IMG/VR virus record: IMGVR_UViG_3300025012_000003
Origin: a virus
DNA length: 64,000 nt
Direction: 5' to 3' (one strand)
Shown here: positions 1-10,307 of the stretch, in pieces
Layout: every line of letters begins with the position of its first letter
Position numbering within the stretch: the first letter of the stretch is position 1
Notes under the pieces: generated by a model
What the model was told of the DNA's origin: nothing
The model's input: the letters and a program-made list of their open reading frames with translations, nothing else
Databases searched by the model: none
Position numbers and translations under genes: made by a program

Positions 1-1267
1 AATCCCTATTTTTTACTATATGTATATTTACTATCTTGGCATTTCTCATGGCGGTGGTACAATGAAATATCATAGCAGTCATCGCAGTTCTTCCTAAAGC
101 GTTGGCTTCAGCAAAGTAGGTAGAAGATGCTAGTTTAGTGTTAGAGGAAGGAGTTCCACTCTTCTCCGCTTTCTCTACGATAGCCTCCAACTTATCTATA
201 GCCTCTGTTTTTAGCTGGGCTAACAGTACTACTATCAAATTATGCTTTACTGCTATCTCTTGTAGAGTATCCACATAATAATTTAAAGCTTGGTACTGGT
301 CTAATTTTAATTTCGGAGGTATCTTATTCTTAAAAAGATTTAAATAATCTACATAGACTAAATCTAAACCACCCATCTCGTCTCTCATTCTAAGTATGAA
401 AGCTTCTATGTATTCCATAGAGTATTCTTCTAAGTCATTAACCCCAGCTATCCTCAAATCCCCTTTACAAGTTTGAAGAAAATTATCTTTTACTTCTTTA
501 AACTTTTCCTTGGAGTCTTCTAACAGTAAAGTCTTTTTCAAATCTACTGCTGGTATAGCTCCTTGTTTCCCATACATCTCGTATGAATGTCTTGACACAA
601 TATTATATAAAACATTTCTAGGAACAACCTCTAGGGTTATAAATAAAACTTTCTTACCTTCTCTATAAGCAGCGGTGTAGGCTGTGGATATAGCAAACGT
701 AGTTTTAAAAGATTGGGGAGGAGCACCTATTACATTAAGAGTGCCGTAGTCCAGCCCTTTTAAGTAATGGTCCACTTCGGGGATACCTATCATAACTCCT
801 CTTGGCATTAACTCTTGACGTTCATATACGTCAAAGATGTCCTCCATACCAAGAAGTTTTGGTTTAGTTACATCCACATCCTGTCTAAGTATATCTCTTA
901 CTTTAGATATATCATTCTTATCGATAGCGTTTTTTACTTCGCTAATCTGTTTATGTCTTATTAGCTCCTTCTTAAGTTTTATAACAATGTCTAAGCTAAA
1001 AGGACAATCCTTCTTATGAACTAATATATTATGTAAAGATATGATATAATTTATATCAGGAAATCTTTTATTGTCCGCATAAAACTTTTTACAATCCTGA
1101 AGTACCTTAGAGTATAATTTAATCCCGTCTGGGCTAAATTCTATTAATTCTATCAATTCATCTATAGATGAGATATCTGTTATCTTATCTAAATGATTTA
1201 ATAGTATAATAATATAATCGCTTAGTTCTTCCGAATCCATTGGATTTACTAATTCATTATTAGCCAA
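1..1267 (-). CDS. dnaB: DnaB-like replicative helicase, 3' end truncated by window edge; missed by the ORF track
   Basis: Manual translation from TTG at 1267 behind an AGGGGA RBS. Walker A GAPPQSFKT, KVLFITLE, VYVDYLNL, VVLLAQL and IHIVKNRD arginine-finger motifs; frame open to the edge. Confidence 0.9.
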   Translation of the reverse strand, partial: MANNELVNPMDSEELSDYIIILLNHLDKITDISSIDELIELIEFSPDGIKLYSKVLQDCKKFYADNKRFPDINYIISLHNILVHKKDCPFSLDIVIKLKKELIRHKQISEVKNAIDKNDISKVRDILRQDVDVTKPKLLGMEDIFDVYERQELMPRGVMIGIPEVDHYLKGLDYGTLNVIGAPPQSFKTTFAISTAYTAAYREGKKVLFITLEVVPRNVLYNIVSRHSYEMYGKQGAIPAVDLKKTLLLEDSKEKFKEVKDNFLQTCKGDLRIAGVNDLEEYSMEYIEAFILRMRDEMGGLDLVYVDYLNLFKNKIPPKLKLDQYQALNYYVDTLQEIAVKHNLIVVLLAQLKTEAIDKLEAIVEKAEKSGTPSSNTKLASSTYFAEANALGRTAMTAMIFHCTTAMRNAKIVNIHIVKNRD

Positions 1268-1279
1268 AACTTTTCCCCT

Positions 1280-1882
1280 TTAAAAATTTTCAGATGTTCC
1301 TTTAGATTTAGTTTTAGTGCTATCTGACACTTTAACAGTCTTGTCCTGTAATAAGTTGATATCCTTATATATTAAACTTCTATCAGAAGTCATATCAGAT
1401 ATTTTAAGATGTTCTTTTAAATTTGGATTAGTAGTCAATATTAAATTGATATATCCCTCACTATCCCTAGCTGAAATTATAGGAGATAGGCACTGTACTA
1501 TCTTATCAAAGCTATACATGTCCCGTGGAAAATACAACATTAAGATATCATTTTCTTTAGCATTTTCATATTCATAATTCTTTGACATCATATCATCCAT
1601 AAGCTTTTTATAATGCCTAAAAGAAAATCCTTTAAAATTGGGATATCCAGTATTCCCGATATAATAAACATTCTTATGTACAATAAAAGAAGCAACTTGC
1701 ATGAGGGTATCTGTACTGTTAGATTTTATGAAATAGTTATTTCCTTTAGATATTAAGCTATCAAGAGTCTCAAACTTTTTAGGATTGGAAGTAACTTTCA
1801 AGAAATGCTTCATCAAAAATCCCATTCCAGAAATATAAGCATTCCTATATTGTTCGTTAGTAATATCATTATCGAACGGCAT
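1280..1882 (-). CDS. Hypothetical protein, possibly a degenerate DnaC/IstB-like AAA+ helicase loader
   Basis: C-terminal DILML...IISAR...LILTTN resembles the DnaC/IstB core, but there is no Walker A or B. Directly upstream of dnaB; GAGGAGG RBS. Confidence 0.4.
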   Translation of the reverse strand: MPFDNDITNEQYRNAYISGMGFLMKHFLKVTSNPKKFETLDSLISKGNNYFIKSNSTDTLMQVASFIVHKNVYYIGNTGYPNFKGFSFRHYKKLMDDMMSKNYEYENAKENDILMLYFPRDMYSFDKIVQCLSPIISARDSEGYINLILTTNPNLKEHLKISDMTSDRSLIYKDINLLQDKTVKVSDSTKTKSKGTSENF

Positions 1883-1910
1883 AGATAATATTTTCCTCCT
1901 CTTGAGATAT

Positions 1911-1939
1911 ATTATACCATAAATATCTCTTTTTGTAAA
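1911..1939 (-). promoter_or_regulatory. sigma70-type promoter
   Basis: TTTACA-N17-TATAAT with upstream TG, ahead of the 1882 and dnaB genes. Confidence 0.75.
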
Positions 1940-1943
1940 GTGT

Positions 1944-3359
1944 TCACTTCTTTCTCTTGTAAACCCATAACATGTTTTCTTTTAATTTCATTATTAACTT
2001 ACGATTAAATGAGGTCAATTCCGCTTTAGGCACTTCTTTAGCATTGAATACTTTTTCGGTTATTTCTCCATAAGAAGATATAAGTTCATGTTTATACCTA
2101 TCAACTGTACCAGTTATCTTTCCTTCTATTTCAACATCAGTTAATATAAAATGAATTTTAAAATTAGTATGTTTACTAAACAATCTTTCTATTCTTCCTT
2201 TAGCCTGACTGAATGCTCCAAAACCAAAAGGTATATTATAAAAGAACATATTGTTTACGGATTGGAGATTTAGACTCTGAGAACCCGCACTTGAGATTAA
2301 CAATACCTTTTTAGCTGGGTCTGAGTTAAACCATTGTTTAATCTCTCTTCTTTCCTTAATACTAACATTTCCACTAATGACTCTATAGTCTATCCCTATC
2401 CTATCGAATATGTTAGATAAAGTATCTATCGTTTCCCTAAAGTGGCAATAAGTTATAAGACCCTCACTAAGAACGGGCTTAATAGACATAAGATATAATT
2501 TAAGTTTATTCTCATCCTTGTCTACTACCTGCTGTAAATCTATTAATCGGGTAGCATGTATCTTAGTATCCTTTGTCTTAAACAATCCTTCTGAAGCTTC
2601 CATATAAGAGTCTATATCTTTTATCTTAATAGAATGTTCTATATATTGTGTATCCTGTTCTGGATAGTATTGAAAACAAACAGGAGCTATTAGTTCCCTT
2701 AAAAGTTCTAAATTTTTATATCCTGTTATCTCTGGATACTGATGACCTGTTTGCCAATTCTTAATCATTTTAATTTCTACGAAGGTATTAGTGAAAACTG
2801 TTTTGTTCTTAAAAATATTCTTGTCTAGTATATGTACAATATAGAATAAGTCCATCAATGAAGTTGTTAGAGGAGTAGCCGTTAGGAAGATAAGATGTTT
2901 AAATCCTCTTCTAATTGCAACCATACTTCTAGTCAACATAGCTTTTGGTGTTTTAAGTTTATGAGCTTCGTCTGCATAACAAGCAGTCTTAAATTTGGTT
3001 AAGAATCTAAATAATTTACTTAAATCTATCTTATTAAAGTTTTCATATTGAAGTAAAGCTATCTTAGAATTTCCCCTAAAGAAATCTTCTATATCAATAT
3101 CTGTTATTAAAATACTAGGTCTACAGTTAGTCTTACCATTAAAATCATCTTGGACTTCCAACAATGCCGATTTAGTACACAAGACTAAAACTTTATCACA
3201 TAAATTATTATTTATTAAATCCATAGAAGATTTAATAATAACTAAACTTTTTCCAGTGCCTGTCTTCATGCTCATCAGAGAAGCTGGTCTGGACGTAGAA
3301 AAATCCACAGCCTGTACCTGATAGTCCTTTAAGACTATATCATCGTTTAGTTTTAACAA
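1944..3359 (-). CDS. SF2 (SNF2-like) helicase
   Basis: LKDYQ Q-motif, MKTGTGKS Walker A, DEAH, LTATP, C-terminal SQSLNLQ and QAKGRIER motifs. Confidence 0.9.
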   Translation of the reverse strand: MLKLNDDIVLKDYQVQAVDFSTSRPASLMSMKTGTGKSLVIIKSSMDLINNNLCDKVLVLCTKSALLEVQDDFNGKTNCRPSILITDIDIEDFFRGNSKIALLQYENFNKIDLSKLFRFLTKFKTACYADEAHKLKTPKAMLTRSMVAIRRGFKHLIFLTATPLTTSLMDLFYIVHILDKNIFKNKTVFTNTFVEIKMIKNWQTGHQYPEITGYKNLELLRELIAPVCFQYYPEQDTQYIEHSIKIKDIDSYMEASEGLFKTKDTKIHATRLIDLQQVVDKDENKLKLYLMSIKPVLSEGLITYCHFRETIDTLSNIFDRIGIDYRVISGNVSIKERREIKQWFNSDPAKKVLLISSAGSQSLNLQSVNNMFFYNIPFGFGAFSQAKGRIERLFSKHTNFKIHFILTDVEIEGKITGTVDRYKHELISSYGEITEKVFNAKEVPKAELTSFNRKLIMKLKENMLWVYKRKK

Positions 3360-3377
3360 ACCCTATCCCTTTACATA

Positions 3378-3812
3378 TTAATATCCGTTACCACATTGAA
3401 ACACATACAGTCCCGAGTTCCTAAAACTCTGAACGCAAGAGCTACGGTCATCTATACAAAATACTATTTCTCCATACTTCTCGGGTATCTTTTTAATTAG
3501 ATTTACTTTTATATCACAATCTTCTTCTGTAGCATTATCTGGTTTAAGAATCAAGTCGTCATGGTATATGTTATATTTATCTAACCACTCTTCAGTTTCT
3601 TTCCTACTTCTCTCACTTCTAGCGGAGAGTATCACAATGTTGTGGTCGTTCTTAAATCTTTCTATTATCTCCACAACTGGTTTACTGGGAACATCAGAGA
3701 AAGAAGCAGCTATGTAGGCATCCCAATCTATACTTCTCAAGTGGTCTCTAAAAGTATAATCTGCAATGGTACCATCAAAATCTAAAACGACACACTTGTT
3801 CTTTTTACCCAT
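3378..3812 (-). CDS. HAD-family phosphatase (polynucleotide 3'-phosphatase-like)
   Basis: DFDGT motif I, LSAR motif II, K, IDDR motif IV. Confidence 0.85.
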   Translation of the reverse strand: MGKKNKCVVLDFDGTIADYTFRDHLRSIDWDAYIAASFSDVPSKPVVEIIERFKNDHNIVILSARSERSRKETEEWLDKYNIYHDDLILKPDNATEEDCDIKVNLIKKIPEKYGEIVFCIDDRSSCVQSFRNSGLYVFQCGNGY

Positions 3813-4362
3813 AAACTATTCCCCAATCTTTACATACTATATTCTCTATCTGTTCATGTAAATCTTCTATAGAGCCATCATTCATGATTACATGGTCAAA
3901 GGAGTAATCATCTAATTTACCTTCAGATATACTTTCCACTAAGGGTATCCTAGGATTTATAACTCTTATTATTTTAAATCCTTTTTCTCGTAAATGCTCT
4001 GCCTCATTAAGAAGTCGTACATCTTCACATACGTATCTTAGATTGGGGTCTAAATTTCCCAAAGCTATCTTAATCCACATGTCATCATTAATCATTCCCC
4101 GTCCCCATTTACTCCCTAAAGTAACAAGTAAAAATCTGGGGGTAACTCCTAGTTCGGGTATAACAAGTTCCTTCAAGTTTCCATAAAGCATCTCATATAT
4201 CTTGTCTTCTCCATAGCCTAACCCTTTTAATACTACCCCAATCATATCCTTCATGGGTTCTGCGAAAGTAAGCATATTATACTTATATTCTTTAACAAAA
4301 TATTTAGCAGTCTCTGATTTACCCATCCTCATTGCGGAAGAATAAATACCAACATTAAACAT
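3805..4362 (-). CDS. Deoxynucleoside monophosphate kinase
   Basis: P-loop variant AMRMGKS, FAEPMK, TPRFLL..LG..WGR, DVRLLNE; typical of phage dNMP kinases. Confidence 0.85.
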   Translation of the reverse strand: MFNVGIYSSAMRMGKSETAKYFVKEYKYNMLTFAEPMKDMIGVVLKGLGYGEDKIYEMLYGNLKELVIPELGVTPRFLLVTLGSKWGRGMINDDMWIKIALGNLDPNLRYVCEDVRLLNEAEHLREKGFKIIRVINPRIPLVESISEGKLDDYSFDHVIMNDGSIEDLHEQIENIVCKDWGIVYG

Positions 4363-5251
4363 TAATACTTGCCCTCTTAACTACATCGTATAAAAAAACT
4401 TCAAATTGTCGGAGTTCATAATAGGAAATCAAATCTCTGTTAGGGGTTCCCCTAAATAATCTATACTCTATTCTATTATCCTTTTTAGAATATTTACATA
4501 AATCCATCAACTCTAAATAATTATCTATTACGTCTATGACATCTAAGTATTTCTTAGCCGTGGCTTCCCATTTAGTTCCCCCAAAAGAATTAACTGTTTC
4601 TAAAAACTTCTCAGGAGTAGTAGGATTCCATGCTTCAGCAAACAATTTTTTAAACTCTGTTTTTACAAAAGGAACAGGAGCTTTGAGATTGTCAGACTTA
4701 TCCCCATCTAATATTCTAAAAGCTAATAAGTTATCAATACCTACACCAAATTTACTAAAGACTAAATTATTATCTACCAATTTAAATCCTTTATCATAAT
4801 CGTTGGATACTTTAAAATCCCCGCATAACTGGAAGAAGTCTTTATCTCCTGAATATATTATTATCTCCTCATTACCCTTCTCTTTTAATTCAAAAGCTAT
4901 ACTGGCTATAACATCATCGGCTTCATGCTCTTCACTCTTAGCAAAAGCCACATGTTCTAAATTAGATAATATGTTTATAATATGGGAGGTATCTATATAT
5001 ACTTTAGTTTTATCCTTATCTCTATTAGCTTTGTAGTCTTCATTTATTTCTTTTTTTGCACACTTACCATCCAAAACAAAAATAATTTTATGTTCTGGAT
5101 ATTTTTTATAAAGCCTCTCCACCAAAAAAGAAAAACCTTTCAAACTTCCTACGAATAAATTTTCTCCGTCTTTTTTAATATAATGGTCCTTGAAGCCAAA
5201 ATGGAAACGGTTTAAACACCACGAAAAATCTACTATAATAAACTTCCCCAA
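4355..5251 (-). CDS. 5'-3' exonuclease / flap endonuclease (T4 RNase H / T5 D15-like)
   Basis: IIVD, VLDG, YKANR, EADDVIA, SGDKDFFQL and GDKSDNL motifs. Confidence 0.92.
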   Translation of the reverse strand: MGKFIIVDFSWCLNRFHFGFKDHYIKKDGENLFVGSLKGFSFLVERLYKKYPEHKIIFVLDGKCAKKEINEDYKANRDKDKTKVYIDTSHIINILSNLEHVAFAKSEEHEADDVIASIAFELKEKGNEEIIIYSGDKDFFQLCGDFKVSNDYDKGFKLVDNNLVFSKFGVGIDNLLAFRILDGDKSDNLKAPVPFVKTEFKKLFAEAWNPTTPEKFLETVNSFGGTKWEATAKKYLDVIDVIDNYLELMDLCKYSKKDNRIEYRLFRGTPNRDLISYYELRQFEVFLYDVVKRASINV

Positions 5252-5272
5252 AATTCCTCCTCTTAAAATAAA

Positions 5273-5605
5273 TTAAATTAAAGTCATAAGCACCTTTGCA
5301 TTATTAGGATTTATCTGATTGTATCCAATTATACCTAATATTAAAAGTTCCTTAGATACAGCACCTGATACTAAATCAGTAAACAAGTGTGATAATATTC
5401 TTAAATCAAATTCAATATCAGTTTTGTCTTTATCCTTAAACATTGGATTATCATAAATTATATCTATCAATCTATCAAATCGATACTCATTTAATTTAAA
5501 ATAAGTGGTACCACTTTTCTTATGGGGATATTCCCCCATAAAAATATCTTCTTCCTTTAAATACTCTATATCCTCTGGTTCAAAAATAAAATCTGGTATT
5601 AACAT
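5273..5605 (-). CDS. Hypothetical protein
   Basis: ORF with its own sigma70 promoter and RBS. Confidence 0.6.
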   Translation of the reverse strand: MLIPDFIFEPEDIEYLKEEDIFMGEYPHKKSGTTYFKLNEYRFDRLIDIIYDNPMFKDKDKTDIEFDLRILSHLFTDLVSGAVSKELLILGIIGYNQINPNNAKVLMTLI

Positions 5606-5634
5606 AATTCTACCTATTATTACTATTTAATACC

Positions 5635-5663
5635 ATTTTACCATAAGAGATTATAAATGTCAA
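5635..5663 (-). promoter_or_regulatory. sigma70-type promoter for the replication operon
   Basis: TTGACA-N17-TAAAAT with TG extension. Confidence 0.8.
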
Positions 5664-5732
5664 TACCAACATAAAAGAAAAGAGCTATGAAAAAATCACA
5701 GCTCATAAAAGGGTTGTCGGAGGTGGATTCTA

Positions 5733-6221
5733 TTAAATCTTTTTGACATTAGAATATATTGGTTTTCCTTCTTTATTAAAAGTAGCTTTCATTTTTTGTT
5801 TTCTGGGAACACCATTACATCTCCCTATGTGCACCCAAGGATTAGCTGGATTTTCAAATATAACTTGGTCTACTATATCCATCAAAGGTTTTCCGTTAGA
5901 TTGTTTAATATTCCCTAAAGCTATATCATTAAATAATTGTTGTAAGGATATCCCTATCACATGAAAATCAGTAGCATTCCCTCCCATGTGTTTAGAAGGA
6001 GGAGTTATAGAACCACCAACTGCTTTATTAACTTCAGGACTTCTGTATCCAGATGTTATTATCAAAGGTTTATTATAATAAGCTCTTATGATATCCAAGT
6101 AATTCTCACATAAGATTATAGCATTATTTTTAATAGTACCCACAGGAAGTGAATTATTAACTCCTCTAACTTGAGTTACAGTAAATTCACTTTCAGATAT
6201 ATATTTACTTAACATACTCAT
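5733..6221 (-). CDS. Peptidase M15A-family Zn peptidase (endolysin candidate)
   Basis: ITSGYRS..VN.AVGG, SKH..G.A.D, WVHI motifs. Confidence 0.88.
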   Translation of the reverse strand: MSMLSKYISESEFTVTQVRGVNNSLPVGTIKNNAIILCENYLDIIRAYYNKPLIITSGYRSPEVNKAVGGSITPPSKHMGGNATDFHVIGISLQQLFNDIALGNIKQSNGKPLMDIVDQVIFENPANPWVHIGRCNGVPRKQKMKATFNKEGKPIYSNVKKI

Positions 6222-6236
6222 ATCGTATCTCCTATA

Positions 6237-7310
6237 TTAATGTCCAATTGCAAACCAATAGAATCCGTTTGGATTTCCAGAACCTCCCCCAGAAGGGTGT
6301 TGAGCAAATAGAGTGGCTCCCGTGGTTGACAAGGATACTATTTGTAGAATCATGTCAGCAGTAACATCGGCTATACTGTTACTTAAAGTTCCTGTAATAT
6401 TTAAACAGGCTGTAGGAAATGCCTGTGGGAAAGTTATCGGATAAGAACCTTCTGATATAGTACCAGAGTTAAATCCCCATTGCATTATTAAACCATTAGG
6501 CAAAGTACAATATCCGTCTGTTGTGAAAGAACTAGGGAATTGACTTATATTAACTACTTGTTTTCCAGTAGCTCCATCAGAGGCACTAAAAGATTGAGTA
6601 GACAATCCTGCTATTCCCGCATAAGTTCCATCTGCATATCCTTTAGTCATAGCATCTTGAGGATTAGATGGATTATTAATATTTATTATATTGTTATTGT
6701 TAAGATTTAAATTTCCTGCCATAGCTACGGAACCGTCCGTTAGTATAACGGGTTCTGCTAACATATTGGAGGGAAGAAGACCTTGAACTTCCGCTCCAGA
6801 GGTTAATAATATTTTAGTAGGATTAAGCCCCGAAGCATTGTGTTTATGTATTTGTAAGTCGTCCTGAGTTACATAAACAGTAGAAGCACTTAAATTTATT
6901 GTTACCTCTGGTAAATTTACTATCTCTATTAATAATTTTTCCCTAAAATCATAAACAGCTCCCTCACTCGGTATATTTTTATATACTTCTGGATGTGCTG
7001 CTACACAGAACAATTCATTATTGTCTGTAAATATCCCTACCTCTCTTATATAAAAACCCCCAACACTGGCTGGAACTATGGTTAAAATCTCTAACCATAT
7101 AGCCACATTGCTGTTAATATACAAAGACGTTATACTCTGCCTATATACTTCATTTACTAAGTTCTGTTGAGACTGACTAGGATTTACATTGAATCCTCCT
7201 CCATCTCCCCAAGCAAAATATTTTAAATTAATAGGAGTTCCGTGAGCCAAACTCTCTAAAACCAAGTTCTGCCCTACAGTAGTAAGTATCGGGTTATAAA
7301 TAGTAACCAT
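6237..7310 (-). CDS. Tail fibre protein (P2 gpH-like N-terminus, gp53-like C-terminus)
   Basis: N-terminal LTTVG...WGDG...EVYR...GGFYIREVGIF; C-terminal GYCTLPNGLIMQWG...FPQAFPTAC...WFAIG. Confidence 0.88.
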   Translation of the reverse strand: MVTIYNPILTTVGQNLVLESLAHGTPINLKYFAWGDGGGFNVNPSQSQQNLVNEVYRQSITSLYINSNVAIWLEILTIVPASVGGFYIREVGIFTDNNELFCVAAHPEVYKNIPSEGAVYDFREKLLIEIVNLPEVTINLSASTVYVTQDDLQIHKHNASGLNPTKILLTSGAEVQGLLPSNMLAEPVILTDGSVAMAGNLNLNNNNIININNPSNPQDAMTKGYADGTYAGIAGLSTQSFSASDGATGKQVVNISQFPSSFTTDGYCTLPNGLIMQWGFNSGTISEGSYPITFPQAFPTACLNITGTLSNSIADVTADMILQIVSLSTTGATLFAQHPSGGGSGNPNGFYWFAIGH

Positions 7311-7367
7311 AAAATATATCCTCTATTTGTAAATATTATTTATACTTTAAGTATAAAGAACCATTAA

Positions 7368-8075
7368 TTAAAAATTCCATTTTGATTCATCAAAATTAGA
7401 AACATCCCATATCATGAAGTCTATCCCAAAATACCACTTCTTCTCATCCCAGTTAAATACGTCCCATATAAGGTATTCAGTGTCTGGGTAGGCAGTGTAC
7501 ATTAATGTACCTTGGCTTGCTATACCTATATAATAAGTAGACTTGTCTAAAGCAAATTCCAAGGTAAGTTTATTTATGATAGGATAAATATAATTTCTAG
7601 CAAAATTAACTATCTTATCAACAACTTCAAAACCTCTAACTTTAGTAGGACTGAAAGATACTAAATCCAAGGAAACAGTATGGGGTTCTCCTACTGGAGT
7701 TTGTTCGTACCAATCCGACAATTCAAAATCTATATCTAAAAGTTTTAAGGCAAACTCAAAACCTTTCCTACTTCCTTTATTAATATGTATGAAGTTTATA
7801 AAAGATAAGAATGTCCTTACGGATTCCTCCTCTAGGTAAAGAGTATCAATTATATATCCATAACCAAACTCGTTCACCAAAGAATACACGTCCTCTAATG
7901 GTATATCTTTCAAACTTTTATACTTACTTTTAACAGAATAAAATCTTTGGGCTAATTTATCAGAATACGGATAATCAACACTAAGAAGCCAATCCACAGA
8001 ATCTGCAAATTGTTGCATAGTTTCTTCTTCTCTTCTATTTTCGGGTATCCATTTTCTTATTGAATGATTAAACAT
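7368..8075 (-). CDS. Baseplate wedge / fibre-attachment protein (P2 gpI-like)
   Basis: KGSRKGFEFAL, EWY-type motif, C-terminal WD repeats; lies between gp6-like and fibre genes. Confidence 0.65.
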   Translation of the reverse strand: MFNHSIRKWIPENRREEETMQQFADSVDWLLSVDYPYSDKLAQRFYSVKSKYKSLKDIPLEDVYSLVNEFGYGYIIDTLYLEEESVRTFLSFINFIHINKGSRKGFEFALKLLDIDFELSDWYEQTPVGEPHTVSLDLVSFSPTKVRGFEVVDKIVNFARNYIYPIINKLTLEFALDKSTYYIGIASQGTLMYTAYPDTEYLIWDVFNWDEKKWYFGIDFMIWDVSNFDESKWNF

Positions 8076-8121
8076 ATCTTTATAAAATCCACCCTACCGA
8101 ATTCCTACCTATAATATAAAT

Positions 8122-8152
8122 AAAAAACCGTTGATTGAGGGTTCAACGGTTA
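8122..8152 (-). terminator. Rho-independent terminator
   Basis: AACCGTTGA/TCAACGGTT stem followed by a T tract on the minus strand. Confidence 0.8.
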
Positions 8153-8186
8153 AAACCTTTATACATCCTTTACCCTTGGTAAAGGA

Positions 8187-10298
8187 CTAGACTATGGCTA
8201 CATTAGTTTTAATTTTTATATACTCATTCCAATTATATTGAAATAGTATATTATCCATGTCATAGTACTTCCAAAGTATTCCTCCATCTTTAGTAAGAGT
8301 ATCTTCCATAACTAAATCTCCTCCCACGTTACTTGTGGGTATTGGATTAGATACTTGTACTACAGTGTTACCGCTGGATATAGTAGATGAAACAACGTTA
8401 TAGTATCCGTCATTACCACTAGAACTTTGAACTCTTACTACATCGTTAGGTAAAAAATGAGATGTTTTATCTCCAGAAACAGTAAAAGTATATGGGCTAG
8501 AATTATTAACGGCTATTATTGAATACCTGTCTGTTGTTTTAAATAGAGGTATAGAACTGTTGGAAGAATCCAAAAATCCCACACACTCGTAAGAAAAGTT
8601 TCCAGATAATACAGAATTGCCTATTTGATAATGATGGTTAGCTTGCCAATTAGGGTCTCCCTCCACTTTAGTCTTACATACCCATATTATATCGTTATCC
8701 TCTGAAAAATCCCCTAGAGTAGTAGTAAACGTGGGAAGAGAAGAACCAGAGTACTTAATTATATCCACAAGTTCAAACATAACATCTATTGATAAAGCGT
8801 TTATCAAAGTACCCTGAACTAAATCTCCCAGCTTATAATATCTGTTAGGATACCAAGTAGGAATCAACTTACCATATCTTTGTATGCACTTCCAAATCAT
8901 TCCATTATCTATAATCAAATCCCCATCTACGTAAGACCAAGCTGGTTCTGTGGCTCCAGACTGTTGTATAAAATCAGAAGCCATATATATTTTTCCATTA
9001 TCGGGGGATAAGGTTATAAAATCTCCCAATCTATATTCAATACTATTACCTCTAACTGTAGTATTAACAGTTACCCTAGTTCTTTTTATATAAGAAAAAT
9101 TATCCATATCATGTTCTAGTTGTTCTAAATCAAATTGGGTACTCAAGGATTTCTCATAAGCAGACATCAAGGAATCCACATCACTTTCCACATCTGTTAT
9201 GGCTATTACATTATTAAGATACTTCCTTAAATTAAAATTCAACTCTAATTTAAAATGCCTTGGGTCAGATATTCTAGGCATAGGAACTCCCATAGCTCTC
9301 CTTATGTCTAAAGAATTAAGAACACTAGACTTTTCATCATCTGTCATTATAGTATAATCATTTTTAATATAAGTAAGATTTACTATGGCAGGAGAAAAAT
9401 CAGTACTATTTGTATCAGCAAAGTTATACCCTAAATTTCTAAATTCTTTTAAATAGTCATTTCTAGCTCTTATAAGTACCTGTGTCTCGTGATATAACGG
9501 TGCATTAACTCTTATACTGTCATTGCTCTCTGGGGATATATAAGGGAAAACACTGGTTACTGAAGTTATAGAACCGAAGTCAAATTTAATATCGGATAAA
9601 GAGTAAGTTACTGTAGCTAATTCTATATATTGAAGTGTTAATACATCAGAAGGAGAATATTTATAGTTACCTTCTTGTATATATGAAACATCAACAGCTC
9701 CCAAAGGGTTGGACAGGGCTACGTACATATCGTTAAATAAATCTTTAAGATTACTACTAAGAGGAACTATAGTCCCATTTAACAGTATTCTTACATAATC
9801 ACTTACATTTTCAGAAATAAATCTGAAAACTTTTAACTTATCAGTATCTACCATTAAGTCTTCTGTTTTTAAACTACCTATATAAACTTTAATAGTAGAA
9901 GCAACATTTTTATTTAACTGAGTTTTTTCTACTGTTATTATTTCTAAATTTTGTACAGTTCCCACTTGAGTATACTCTGGAATGAATCCAGTAGTGTTAG
10001 GTATTATATTTAATTCTATTATTTCATTCTTACCTCGTATCACTGAATACCCTAAATTCTGAGATATTCCTATCAAAGAAGTTCTATTCTGTGCATAAGT
10101 AATATAATTCTCTCGTCTAGCTATAGTAACTAGATAAGATATAAACGAAGCAAAAGCGGATAATAGTCTTATTAATAATCTTCCTGTAGAAGATTCATAG
10201 AAGTCTTTCCACTTCTGAGATTGTGCTTGACTATTATAATATTCAGTCAAACTATCAAATATTTGAGAAAAAGATAATGAATCTAATTTAATAACCAT
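8187..10298 (-). CDS. Baseplate wedge subunit (T4 gp6 / gpJ-like) with C-terminal accessory repeats
   Basis: LSFSQI...S.GRLLI..L...ENYI..AQ.RTSL..I...LGY N-terminus; Trp-rich repeats; gene order. Confidence 0.8.
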   Translation of the reverse strand: MVIKLDSLSFSQIFDSLTEYYNSQAQSQKWKDFYESSTGRLLIRLLSAFASFISYLVTIARRENYITYAQNRTSLIGISQNLGYSVIRGKNEIIELNIIPNTTGFIPEYTQVGTVQNLEIITVEKTQLNKNVASTIKVYIGSLKTEDLMVDTDKLKVFRFISENVSDYVRILLNGTIVPLSSNLKDLFNDMYVALSNPLGAVDVSYIQEGNYKYSPSDVLTLQYIELATVTYSLSDIKFDFGSITSVTSVFPYISPESNDSIRVNAPLYHETQVLIRARNDYLKEFRNLGYNFADTNSTDFSPAIVNLTYIKNDYTIMTDDEKSSVLNSLDIRRAMGVPMPRISDPRHFKLELNFNLRKYLNNVIAITDVESDVDSLMSAYEKSLSTQFDLEQLEHDMDNFSYIKRTRVTVNTTVRGNSIEYRLGDFITLSPDNGKIYMASDFIQQSGATEPAWSYVDGDLIIDNGMIWKCIQRYGKLIPTWYPNRYYKLGDLVQGTLINALSIDVMFELVDIIKYSGSSLPTFTTTLGDFSEDNDIIWVCKTKVEGDPNWQANHHYQIGNSVLSGNFSYECVGFLDSSNSSIPLFKTTDRYSIIAVNNSSPYTFTVSGDKTSHFLPNDVVRVQSSSGNDGYYNVVSSTISSGNTVVQVSNPIPTSNVGGDLVMEDTLTKDGGILWKYYDMDNILFQYNWNEYIKIKTNVAIV

Positions 10299-10307
10299 TT
10301 TATATAT

